DNA of 63,475 bases, filler included, from Bigelowiella natans CCMP2755 (taxonomy: Eukaryota; Protista; Cercozoa): the NCBI GenBank assembly GCA_000320545.1. It is 5 parts of 5 records of this genome, joined end to end, with 100 filler letters (N's around TTAATTAATTAA, not from the genome) between each part and the next. Parts side by side here need not be neighbours in the genome. Positions count along the whole stretch, not along the records: positions 1 to 28,679 come from ADNK01000712.1; positions 28,780 to 46,273 come from ADNK01001267.1; 3 more parts are not named here. One strand, written 5' to 3'. Of this stretch, positions 27,050 to 39,163 are shown piece after piece. Below the pieces are notes generated by a model, which made no database searches, was not told the DNA's origin, and was given only the letters and a program-made list of their open reading frames with translations. Numbering within the stretch: position 1 is the first letter of the stretch; each line of letters starts with the position of its first letter. The position numbers and the translations under genes are program-made.

Positions 27050-27720
27050 CAGATTACGATATTGTCCTCATGTGGTAAAAGCACCTCTACTTTACCTTAA
27101 AATAGAAGAAAAGGGTGTCTTAAGGTTATGTATAGGCATAATTTTAAATAAAATAGTACGCAAAATATCCAACTTGTGTTGAATAAAGGAATTTCAAACA
27201 AGTAGACTACCCGAGCTGAGGCAGATGAACATTTAGAGATAACAATGGGGATAATTCATTTATTGGGCCGAATTTACTTTCATAAAAGAGGGTAAATATT
27301 TAAAAAAGGCGCTATTATATGTAGAAACACGGGGATAGAGCTAAATTTTGTCTGATTCTCTGATACTGATTACCTGCACCCAAAAACCGATAGATCCGCA
27401 CTTTCGCAGCCGTAAATATCTCTGATCTGTATCAATTAAATAAATGTAAGGTATTGGATAAGTGCGACTTATTAGTGAAGCATTTTAATGGGATAAAAAC
27501 ATGTAATTTCTTTTCGGCGCATTTGATCTCTTGTTGAAAAATGTCCCAATCCGTGGATACGAGCCTTTATCTGTTTTGATTAGATCTGCCTTCTTTTTAT
27601 TAAAATAGTCTGGTATCATTTGAAACGACTAGATGTATGCATTGTCTCTGCCGCTGTTATATATTTTTGAAGGATGTGTAGAAATGTGTTCTTAAGTATA
27701 ATAGCGACAAAAATATATCC
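27050..27720. promoter_or_regulatory. AT-rich intergenic region between divergent genes (probable bidirectional promoter zone)
   Basis: A/T-rich and non-coding, between the coactosin 5' end (-) and the + gene at ~28000. Confidence 0.35.
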
Positions 27721-27999
27721 CTGTCGTATTGATAATCTCTCTCACTTCGCAGGATTGCTCTTTGGAAGGTGATCTTCCTTAAGCGACTATAGTTTTCCCT
27801 TGTCGTACGGATATGCACTCACATTTCGTAGGGTTGCTCTTTGGAGGGTGACCTCCCTTTGGAAGAGATTTCCGGATCTCGTAGTACTTCCCAAGTGTAA
27901 GGAGGTTCCTAGCAGTTCCGTCATCTGGATTTCATATACAACAAGAATTTGCAACCAATCTCTGTACATCCAAGAGGGAGTCCTGACCAGCAAATTACG

Positions 28000-28679
28000 A
28001 TGGAGGTCAAGGTTCGTGACTTCATGTTTGAACTCAATGACGAGGTTCGGCTGCCGGACAATGTCATTAACGACGCCGTCAGCAAGCTGGGAGCTAATGG
28101 GTGAGCTAATCCTATTTTGTTTGAACGGCATTGATTTAAAGTGGAGGGATGTGAGTTGGTTTGGTGTATTCTGTACAGTCCATCCCTGAGTTTCTTCCAA
28201 ACCCTTCTTGCTGCTACCACTGATTCACGCTACTATTCCACAGGATATCATTCCGAGAGGAGGTGAAGGCCTTAGTAGACGGTGGGATGCTTGGATTGCT
28301 AGATATCGATTCGCGCCTTCATGGACCGATTGCAAACTACTTCCAAGACATATCTTCCAGCAGTAACAGTGGTAGCGGGAATAGACGTGACAATAAAAGC
28401 AGCGATGATGAGGGCAACAACGGTGGGGGGGGGACGGGGTTAGTTCAGGAACATCACTTGGCAATCCAGCGGACAGAGTAGAGGAGGAGGAAGAGTTGGA
28501 TCTCGAAAGTGGGCCGCAATACGGGAATGGGGGCGAGGCGAAGAGCCGGCAGCAACCTGACAGTGACCGAGACCAAAAGAAGCGTGTATCACGCAAAAAT
28601 GCCGAAGTCATTGTACAAGAGAGGCGAAGGGGGGGGGGGGGCGTGGGAGGGCTGAGTGAGCGAGACGATTATTTCATGT
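28000..28679 (+). CDS. Uncharacterised protein, 5' part, truncated by contig end
   Basis: MEVKVRDFMFELNDEVRLPDNVINDAVSKLGANG | ISFREEVKALVDGGMLGLLDIDSRLHGPIANYF...; the reading frame changes across the G run at 28425-28433. Confidence 0.45.
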
Positions 28680-28779
28680 NNNNNNNNNNNNNNNNNNNNN
28701 NNNNNNNNNNNNNNNNNNNNNNNTTAATTAATTAANNNNNNNNNNNNNNNNNNNNNNNNNNNNNNNNNNNNNNNNNNNN
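28680..28779. other. Artificial contig spacer (N44-TTAATTAATTAA-N44)
   Basis: Six-frame stop linker flanked by Ns; identical at four positions. Confidence 0.98.
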
Positions 28780-28919
28780 CGATGTTTCTGTGAAGAACGA
28801 GATTGACGAAGTAGAGGGTGAGCAGCCTCGTGTCTCCAACTCTTATCATCGTGTACAACGTACAGAGATAAATTTGACGACGTACACATCAGCACACATA
28901 TTCACTTTTTGTGTGTTTG

Positions 28920-28978
<59 letters not shown>

Positions 28979-29488
28979 GTGTACTGTGATACTGAATATT
29001 GGAAAGGGGTTGATCAAAAAAGCGATGTTGCTTACTGCGGCTCTAGTCGTAGGCTTAACGATGATGGGTGGCGGTCGGTGTTGTTGTGTTGTGTTGTGTA
29101 CGATACAGGGGCATGTGAGGGCACCTTGGCATGCTCGACGTGCCACATGATCTTCGAACCTGAAGGTAGTAATTTTGCATGCACCCCCACTGATGGATTA
29201 TTTGTGCGCCAAAAGCAATATGAAAATGCCATCCATGCTCTTTACACGTGCGCGCCCCAACCACCACATTTCACATCTCATCGTCCTTCCTCATTTCCCC
29301 GTTGTACTTCCTGCTGCCGCCACCCTGTTTTTGCAGTGTTCGAGACGCTCCCCGCACTTGAAGAAGAGGAGGAGGACATGCTGGATCTAGCAATTGGAGT
29401 CGAGGACACGTCGCGGCTCGGCTGTCAGATCAAAGTAACAGCGGAAATGGACGGGATGGAGATACGGCTTCCTGCAGACGAAAACTAA
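28780..29488 (+). CDS. 2Fe-2S ferredoxin, adrenodoxin/Yah1 type (5'-partial)
   Basis: Spliced: [58 protein letters not shown]...TAA. All four Cys ligands and the EEDMLD and SRLGCQ motifs are present. Confidence 0.93.
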
Positions 29489-29559
29489 CTTTCTTCTTGC
29501 GCTTGTTCGAAATAATTTGCTGGCTGCCTGTGGCGAGAGCGTTCATGCACTGCAAACAT

Positions 29560-30030
29560 TTGATGAAGAGGCGGATGTTATGAATGAACTTCTATATGGT
29601 CATCGCCTAATAATTTAGCTGTACGGCGCTTAAATCGTGTGTGCTTGCTGCTGTTTCACTTATCATGGATAGGTGCTTTATGTTTCTAGATCTGTATGTG
29701 AAGGTCATGTAGCAAGCGCAATCTAGCAATGCGTAAGAAGTACTGAGCAGAAGAGTCGATTCTAGAATCAAATAACAGAAGAATGTACTATGCAGCCTAG
29801 AGCATGTACGCACGCACAGCGAACACACTACATATGTTGATGGTGATTCATCTTTGTGACTTATTCGCATAAACTTTCCCTTCGGTTACTGGCAGATGCG
29901 CATCTAAACTTAAATCAACTTAGCACAGAGCACAGATAGCTAGCTTTTAGAAGTATGTTCATGTGCTTTCTTCTTGCTTGCTGCTTCACTGATGACTCAC
30001 GCAGATCGGATCAGATCTTGCACTAGCTAA
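29560..30030. other. CTAG/CATG/TGCA-enriched intergenic island 4 (convergent 3' ends)
   Basis: tctaga, ctagc, gctagc and gcatg words between the ferredoxin stop (+) and the phosphatase stop (-); weaker than islands 1-3. Confidence 0.5.
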
Positions 30031-30039
30031 GTCCGTCCT

Positions 30040-32124
30040 TCAGTAGCGGAAAGGCCCATGATCATCCTGCACGATGGTGAACGAGTCTGTGACCTTCCCC
30101 CCATTGTTTTGCACGTGCTCGTAGACGAGAGTCGTGGCGTTGTATGCGGTGATGCGGCCATAGGCTCCGCCCGTTCCGTACGCGCGACACCAAGGAGTAG
30201 CTGCGGATGACTTACACTCGTAAGTCAGCGTGCTCTTTCCGGCAACGCCGGGAACGCCGCCATTGCCCTCACAGATGTGCACGGGCCCCAAAGGGCTCAC
30301 ATAGTCCTTTTGCTTCGAGCCGTCAGGCTTGGTGCAGAGCTGCGCGCCCTCCTCCTCTGAGAAGCAGACCGGCCAGTTGGAATTATAATCATGATTGTGC
30401 CCGGCGTCGTACACATCCACGCCGTGCTTCTTGAGCAGCGGCTCCAAGCCCTTGCCTACCTTTGCAAACATCTCCCCCACGGTCTGCTCGCACGGCTGCC
30501 CCTCGCCCCGCGCGAACTGAGCACCGCAGCGCGCAGGGATGAACTCGTGGCCGCTGGTGGCATACCCCTCCGCCTCCTCCCCGATGAAGTAGGCCGCCGA
30601 GGCGTTCGCGTGGCGTGCGGTGCTCTCGTGATGCAGGGGGAAGTGAGAGCTGACGATGACCCAGGGAGTGCGGGAGCGATTCACAGCGGACAAGTCCCGG
30701 TCGAGCCACGCGAGCTGGTGCGCGTCGAGGTTGTTGAGGTCCAGGCCGGCCAGGTGAATGAGGCCGAAGTCTACGGAGAAGTAGCGCGACGTGTTCGACG
30801 GCACGCGGGAGTGGAACCCAGGCCCGAAGAGGGTGGCCTTCGTCAGCAGGTCTCCGAGGGCGCTGGTGGCGGACGACCGCACAGCCGCGCCGCCGTCGCC
30901 CCCCTCCCCGAGCGTCTCCCCCCACGTCATGTTGAGGTAGCGCTCGTAGGAGTCGCCGTCGTTGTGCTCGTGGTTGCCGATGATTGGGATCCATGGGCAT
31001 GCGCTAAGAGTGGGCTGGAAGCTATTCATGTACGCGTCGCCACGACGATCGCCCGCGTTTCCAAGGTCGTACGCGTGGTCTCCCATGTGCACGATGGCCT
31101 CGATGCGGCCATCGACGCAGTCCTCCAGCAGATTTCCCATAGCGTTGTAGCGCGAGTGACCCATGTCGCCGTAGATTCCAATCGATGTGGGCAGTCCCTC
31201 CTGCGCGGCGGAGAGGCTACGAAAGCTGAACGTCTCCGACCACACGGCGCCGGGCGCCCCACTTTTCACTTTGTACTGGTACTTCGTGGAGGGCGTTAGC
31301 GAGGAGAACTTGATGAAGTGGAGAAAGTAGTTGACTCCCTCTGCCTCGCTCAGTTTTTTGTAGAAGTGAGTAATCCCGGTCACCTGGACAAGACTCTCCC
31401 CCTCGACGCCGATCATAGCGAGCGGCGGCTGGGCGGCGGAGGGCTCCTTCTCATCGTGCGTGACGAAGGACACGACCACAGTGTCCTCACTTGCGACTTG
31501 CAGGTTGATCTGCTCCGGGTGGGAGGTAGAGGGAAGGCAGTACTGGGTATGGTTTTGACCCTTTGCTGGTGTGTCGCAGTAGCACCACGGCCCGGCGAAC
31601 GAGTTCGTCACGATATCTGAGAGGGGGGGGATGGAAGGGGGAAGAATAGGCAGAGTATTCAGAATCTAAACGAGATTGTATAAATCTTTCTGACTGAGAA
31701 ACCTAATCCATGCGCAATCACATCGACAAAGAAAGTTCGGTTCATGGCCCCCCCTCCGTTTACATACCTACTGTACAGCCGTCACATTCGAACTCGCCCG
31801 CCGTCCTAGCTGGCATGGCGCAGTTGTTGCCGGCATCAGTAGGAGGCTTACCATCGAACCACATCGCATCGATCTTGTAATTGAGAATGAAAGAAAATCA
31901 TCAGGTATTTGACGGCGAAATGCAAATGAGAGCGTATCACTCGCTCACGAAGACTAATCGATTACCTTTGCCTGGACTGACGGATCAGTTGACACTGCAT
32001 TCCATGGCGCACAGTCTCCCAAACATAATTTTGGGTCGGGAGCGTAGTTTTGCATGATGACATCGTAGACGCTGGCTTCGCATGCTCGAAGGGCGAGGAG
32101 GAGGAGGACATTGAGGAGCACCAT
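30040..32124 (-). CDS. Secreted purple acid phosphatase with Cys-rich, kringle-like N-terminal module
   Basis: Signal peptide MVLLNVLLLLALRACEA; PEQINL FN3-like start; metal-ligand motifs GDMG, GDHAY, GNHE, VSSH and GHNH in order; C-terminal YGRI...DSFTI. Confidence 0.92.
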
Positions 32125-32503
32125 CGTTATCGCCCCCAATTTTCAGACGAAATCGGAACGGATTTTGTCCGAAGTCCTGATCATTTTTCATGAATATTGT
32201 CCAAAAAAATATAGTCGCACTTTGAATTCACCTTGTTTTTTGCGCACTTGGATCCATGCGAGAAACTTGTCATATCTTATGCTTCAAGGGTTTCACTAGG
32301 GTTCGCCGGGGGCATACATCAAAACTCGAGAAATAGAGAGCGTTTCTCACATGCGGCAAGAAAATTACGCATTTTCAGTTTATCACAAATCTCATGTGAT
32401 TCGCACAGGTAAATTATACGAAGTTTTTCGCTTGAATAAAATACTAAAATTATCCTGCAAAACTACACTACCAACGCGAGACGAACACGATCACCTTGGA
32501 GCC

Positions 32504-33603
32504 ATGGGGTCCGATGACCCCTCCGCACGCATTAGGGTCGTGAGGAAGAGGAAAGCGAACAGGCGGTGCTTCGACTGCCGAGCCCGCGCACCTCAGTATC
32601 TCTGTTTGGAGTATGCCACCTTCGTCTGCACGAATTGCGCTGGCGTCCATCGCGGGTGACAATAGAATTTCCTTGCATGTGTGTGTGTGTGTTCCGTAGT
32701 TAGGGTGAGAGGGGGCAGGGAGGTTCACTGAATTGCGTACCCATTTCCATACGGGTGATGTGTTGAAACGTGTCGCCAAAATCGTAGGTTTGGGAGGCGA
32801 GTGAAGTCGATCACAATGTCATCATTCTCGGATAGAGGTAACACCGACGACGATGACGACGACGAAAACGACGACGACGACCCAAAAGCAGAAGGGCCTT
32901 TGGTTGGTGCTACGGTGCATGCTATAGATGCTGTCATTCCTGCTCTAAGTGTTCTCATTATTACCGTATCGCAGAGGCAGATTTGGCAGAAGGCGGGGGG
33001 AACGCTAGAGCTAAGATGGTGTGGCTTGGGAAGTGGAAGAAGGGCAAAACCCCCCCCTCTCTAGGTACGCTGGGCCTCGAAACAAACACTCATTTTTTGT
33101 TTCTTTCGTTATGATTCTTATCAGTACTTCTGCTGTTATCGTCACTAATTACCAAAACTGAGCGAAAAGCGGCCTTCAAACGTCTCTTTCCCCCCCAATT
33201 CTGAAATTTTGATGAGAAATGTCCATGAATGTTAGGAGACGATGAAAGTAGAAGGTCACATATAACCTTGAAGGTAGTAATAGTAGTAGTAGAAGTAGCA
33301 GTAGTCGTAGTAGCAGCAGCAGCAGCAGCACCTTCATACGCAAACACTAATTATTCGCCTGTTTTTCTCCTCCCGCTCCCCCTTATGCTCAGTATGAAGA
33401 AAAGAAATGGTATATCTCACCGGAGGAGGCTGGAGTGCCGCCGGCTAAGATATCAGCTGGAAGACTTGGCTCTGTTCAGAACCTCTTCCAAGTGGATTAT
33501 ATGGAGAAGGAGGGGGCGGCGGGCGGCGGCGGGGACAACGAGAACTCGTACGTTACTGCGCGATTTACATCTCCCAAGCACATTAGGAAAACTTACCGAA
33601 AAA

Positions 33604-33678
<75 letters not shown>

Positions 33679-34060
33679 AACGTGAATATTATACCGTGGT
33701 GATGATGGTGATTAGCATAGCTCTCGAACATCCATGCTTACGATCATCATCCCTCCGCTCTCTCTCTCTGATTGATCATAAATACGGCTACCATGAGCAG
33801 GAATGGAACTTCATCGCCAAGGGGAAGCTCCTCGCTTGTTGATATCAATCTTGACGATATTTTCGCAGCAAGTCCTAGCGCTGCTTCTATTCATGAGGGG
33901 GCGGGAGGAGGAGGAGGAGGAGGAGGAGGAGGAGGAGGAGGAGTGCCTGGTAAGACGGCATGCGCTGTCGCAATTTTCAAGCTGGCGAGACAGATTAACA
34001 CAAAACAGTGCGGATTCCCACCCATTCTTTATAGTCTCTCCTCTATGCTTGATTGATATA

Positions 34061-34092
<32 letters not shown>

Positions 34093-36534
34093 GCTCCTAG
34101 TTGACTTAATTAGTAGCAGCGACGGCAAGACGACGACGGCGAAAAACAAGAAAACTAACGAGAAAAGTGGGGGAAGGGGCTGGGGGTGGGGCGGAGGCCC
34201 CTTTTCCTCCTCTTCTGATAGCCAAAAGGGCGCGAGAGGCTCTCAAGGCGATGCTCTCGGAAAGTAACACCTTTCTCATGACATCAAGTGTCCATAGGAG
34301 GGTGGGGGAGGGGAAGTCTCGAAAAATGGAAATCACTACTTGGCTGTCGCAGGCACTTCTTTCCTTATAGCAGCAGTAGCATTCAAATAAACTGTATGGA
34401 TTGATTTATGAATACCCCCTCCCTTTTTAACCAACCCCCCCCCCCCCCCCGCCCTTCCTCGCAGAAGCTTGGACTGTTTAGATTACCTACTTTCTCAAGG
34501 GGCATGGATGTGGAAGGAGCTGTTTGCTGTTCCGTCACGGTTACACTGAGGAAGGGAGGGGGGTGGGGGGAGAAACGACGTTGAAGACCATTATCCATTC
34601 TCCATCTATCTCTCACGCAGTTCTTCTCCTTCATCGCATTTTTTATATGAATGCATATTATAAAGATATAGAATATATGTGTGTGTGTGTGTGTGTGTGA
34701 CTGTATTTCTTGTGCGACTTTCAATTTTCCCCCTCCTCTGCCCGCCCCCTCCCCCTATCGCAGAGTTGCATTCGCGGTACGAGAATGCTGTGCATCGGAC
34801 CTTAAGCTGGTCGTCGTTATACACGGCCTCTTCGGGTAGCTGTATGCAGATAATAATGATGATGACTAAGATGGTGATGATGATGATGACGATGATGATG
34901 ATGATGACGACGACGGCGATGATGATGACGATGATGGTGATAATGATACTATGAAACCACTGATACCTGCGTCGTAGTAGAGATGTGCCGCAGGGCTGGA
35001 CAATGACTCTTGTGTGTGCGTGTGTTTGTGTTTGTGTTTGTGGGTTTATGCAGGTGGGTGGCGCTCCTGTTGTTTATCCTACGAGACCTAGATTTCTTGC
35101 CACGGTAGAGGGTTGATGGTAGTGTTTGAATGTGATACTGCCTGGTGTATAGTAAATGTATAGCAGGATGTGCAAAATCCATTCCGCAAACTCAACACCC
35201 CCCCCCCCCCCCCCTCCCTTCTCATTTCCCTTTCCTCCCCATTGTACTCTTCCTCGTCTACTACGCGATGGGGCTAGGCGACGGTGGGTGCTGCCGATAT
35301 GTATCCTGCTGGAATCAGTCAACTTCTGGATAGTGGTAAAAACTGTGCGGCTCTAGTTGTTGTTGTTATTGTTAATAGTAGTTGTAATAGTGGTAGTGGT
35401 AGTAGTAGTAGTAAGGAAGAAGGAGAAGAAGAAGAATCACCAGCATTGAGGACGCTCGCAACTCCATAGTCCGAGGAATTAAATCAACCTTTTGGTCTCG
35501 TGGTCGCTGATAGTAGCTCCATAGAAGAAGAAGAGAGGTGTGCGATGAAGGCTCGCAGTTGTTGTCTTAGTTGCCTTCATCGGCTTTGCCCTCCCCCCCG
35601 CCCTCCCTCCCCTCCCCTCTCCCGGTTTTACCCTTCCCCCCCATCGTAGAAAAACGTAACAGGCCCGCGTCTGATCCGAGTTCGGTGGTTTCTTCATGCC
35701 CCACCCCCACCTCCAACCGCGAGATCGCCATCGTCTCCCCAAGCGCAGGGTGAGGGGAAGGCTGGCGCGGCGGGTGGGTCGAAGCAGCTGAACCAGCACT
35801 CCGCAACAGCAAAGGCGGCGGCGGCGGCGGCGGCGACAACGGCCATGAAGAAGAAGAAGATGACGATGGCCGAGATGATGGTGATGAGGAAGAAGCAAGA
35901 AGAGTTGAAGAAGGAGAAGGAGAAGAGCAACAGGCGGCGGAGAGAACAAAAAGAGGAAGGAAAACGCCTGCAGCAGCAGACGGCGACGAAGAAGAACAGG
36001 AACGCTGAAGCGAAAGCGAAATCCTCGCCAAGAACAGCAATAGCTGGTAGCAAAGACCAAAGAGCAACAACGGCAACCGAGAAAGTAGCAGCAGCAGCCC
36101 ACAATGATCCACATCGCAGAAGATCCCCCTCTCGAGCCCTTCCTCCTGTGAAGCTCCCCCCCCCCCCGAAATCGTTGTTCATTGGCGACAGTGAGTGGCG
36201 ATGGGTGGGAACGGCTGCATACCATAGCGGGGGGGGGGGGAGCAACAGCATTCAATGGCTTTTCTGGTTCATTCTATCGTCGCATGTGGGTCTTTGGAGC
36301 TTCATATCGCTCATCGAATTCCTCTCGTCGGGAGGGGGGCGGGGGGGATACGAAACTGACGCTGCTGGCCAGGATGCTATGGCGAGCGGCGATGCCGCCG
36401 CGCTGCGCTGGTTGTGGGTGTCGACGGCTGCTGCCTGCCTTGGGGCGGTCAACCTGGCAAGTTTCTCACGGGCCAATGCGGAGAGGAATAAGCGTCTAGA
36501 GGGCGAGGTCGTCGAGCTGGATCTGCCAATCTGA
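32504..36534 (+). CDS. ArfGAP (AGFG/AGD14-type) - TVP23/ECHIDNA (DUF846) fusion protein, 12 exons, ~645 aa
   Basis: Exons 32504-32655, 32788-32837, 32975-33064, 33236-33273, 33393-33547, 33801-33949, 34101-34263, 34465-34539, 34764-34835, 35054-35104, 35278-35335 and 35650-36534; all GT-AG and phase-compatible (1938 nt). ArfGAP: NRRCFDC..FVCTNCAGVHR..RVKSITM..GGNARA..KYEEKKWY. TVP23: HGLFGWVALLLFIL, NFWIV-KNVTGPRLIRVRWF, LFWFIL..LW, WLWV..LGAVNL. Confidence 0.8.
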
Positions 36535-36579
36535 GAACGTGGCAGCTTCGCTCAGAGTCTACGATTCAACTTCCAGCGT

Positions 36580-36598
36580 TGCGCGTTAGCTAGTTAGT

Positions 36599-36670
<72 letters not shown>

Positions 36671-37240
36671 AAAAATGCACATTCGTGCGATGACCGATGC
36701 AAATCGCATGCGAGCTGTGTAATGGCACGTGTATAGCTACGAAGTGCGTGGCGCATCGGAGAGACATATATACGATGACATATAATCACAGCTCATATAT
36801 CACGATCGCTCTGATCGCCACACGTGCAGCAGCAGATAGCTAATCGAAGATTATGAGGGCCGCATGCAGTACACGTTAGCTGGATTTGACTAAATAGAGT
36901 ACTGATGCTGCCTGGCAGCGCTATCGCGTGCGTAAAATCGTTATGTACATTGCTGCGAACCAGGCGGCTCATTATCGTGGCGCACATGCACGACAGCAGC
37001 TAGCTTAGCCGCACAAAAATAAAGTTGGATGTACACGGAAAACACCTAACACTAGAACACACACGCCCGCGCGCAAAGCAATGGATATATAAGCATGTAC
37101 ACGATGATTGAAGAATTTTTCTTTTGCAGTCAATAACTAAATTCCGCGATGGCAGATCATGCGGTGCATGCACGGGGCCGCAATTCATCATGCCTCGCTA
37201 GGCTCTGTACAGATGTCAGGCAGCAGCGAATGCGAGCATA
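36580..37240. other. RY/CATG/TGCA/CTAG-rich intergenic island 5 (convergent 3' ends)
   Basis: gcatgc, tgca and agctagct words between the fusion gene stop (36534, +) and the stop at 37278 (-). Confidence 0.55.
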
Positions 37241-37277
37241 ACCACTGCCCGCCGCTCTTCTCTGCTGAATAGTCTTT

Positions 37278-37701
37278 CTACTTCGTCTTCGGTTCGGCGT
37301 GCACGGCTGGAAATAAAAGCTTCTTCGCGCCGCTCGCAGCTTAGAGCATGCACCTTTGTCATCATCCCACGGACCTACCTCTCTCTTTCAGGAGCCTGTA
37401 GGCGCTTGAGTAGAGCACCTTTCGATACGTGAGGCCGACAGCTACTCCCGTGCCCAACAGAAAGATGGCAGCCGATGCTGCCAAGCAGATCAGGGCGTTC
37501 TTCGTCAGCGCCTTCTTATACGTGGCAGGGTTTTCCCACCGGAGGAGCTGATTGTTATAAGTGTTATAAGTGTTGTCATCATCCTTAACGCAGGGCGGCG
37601 TCTTTGCTTGCAGAAGAGAATCTCATGGTAATCAGATTAAGGTTTGATCTTCAGAGTGGACGAAAAGGGAAAATTCGTTGGAATATTACCCCCCCCCCCT
37701 C

Positions 37702-37739
<38 letters not shown>

Positions 37740-38138
37740 TTTGTGTGAGTGCTGTGTGTGTCAAACCCTCATATCAAAGTGTTGGATGGGGGAGGGGGTT
37801 GGAGAAACAGCAGTACCGTGACTTCTGAAGCTGACGTGGTAAGATTGTGCGAATTCGAAAGGGATGTGATCAGCCCCCTAATGCCGTCATATCGATCCTG
37901 AAGAGGAGGAGGAGGAGGAGGGAGGAGGAGGAGGAGAAGAAGAGGAAGAGTGACGATGATTATGCTGTTGATTCCTGTGACTGCTGTTGCTATTGCGGTG
38001 TGCTAACGCTGTATATGTACGCAGAGTGCGGCTTTGGTTGTGGCCTGGACTTAGAATATCGGAATTACCTGGTAGGCTACTCGAATGCCCGCAAAGCTGT
38101 CATGACCGGCTTCTGATGCTGGATCACACATACACACG

Positions 38139-38180
<42 letters not shown>

Positions 38181-38425
38181 ATTTAGTCGTTGGCATTTTG
38201 GTCACCAGCAACACCTCACCACCACGATCATTACTACCATCATCACAGTCATCATTATCATTATCATCATCATCATCATCATCCTCCTCATCGCCATTGT
38301 TCTTTGTTAATGTAGCTCCAGTGCTCAAACAAGAGCACCTGACGCGATCTTATCCCAATTCGCACAGCTCGGAGTCTCCTGTGGCGATTGTCCCACGAAG
38401 GGGGGAGGGGGGAGGGAGGGGAGGC

Positions 38426-38482
<57 letters not shown>

Positions 38483-38694
38483 TCAATCCGGGACGGACAT
38501 TAGAGAAAATTGGAAACATCTCATTTCTCCAAGACTAACATCAAAAAATCTCCACACTTTTCACCGGCTTGGTTTTTACGATGTATTCCGTTATATTACG
38601 CCGCACGGTTTACGTCGTATCGCAGGGCCAAGATACTCGACGTATTTGCGTTGAGTCCTGTTCTCGGAAACGAACTACCCGATCTAATTGCTTT

Positions 38695-38727
<33 letters not shown>

Positions 38728-39127
38728 CCTCTTCTCCTTCCTCAAGTGTCATCATCATCATTATTATTATCATCATCGCCATTGTTCCACCCATCCCCTT
38801 TCCTCTCTTCTTCTTCTTCTTCTTCTTCTTCTTCTTCTTCTTTATCTTCGTTTGGATATAAAGAGGAGGCAAACAAGGGAGAACCTATCACAAACATCGT
38901 GTGGACCTATCGCCCACCACCTACCTTTGTGCTGCAGCAGCTCCCATCGTCCACTGCCCAAAACTTAACGGGGGAGGCGGTGGAGGAGGAGGAGGAGGAA
39001 GAGCTGAGATAGGCGTCGTTGAGTACCACAGGGGCAGCGCATATTCGCCTGTTTGGAGCAAACCAAAGGTCTCTATCACCGCCCTCAATCTTTCCATGCG
39101 CGAAGAAAGAGCAATAGAATTTGTATG

Positions 39128-39163
<36 letters not shown>

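Noticed and set aside
28790-29488. 232-aa single ORF over the ferredoxin
   Set aside because: Chance read-through of two introns; the real product is the spliced three-exon ferredoxin.
30389-31299. Long overlapping ORFs (302 aa on +, 203 aa on -) inside the phosphatase
   Set aside because: Expected stop-poor shadow frames of a GC-rich exon; no motifs.
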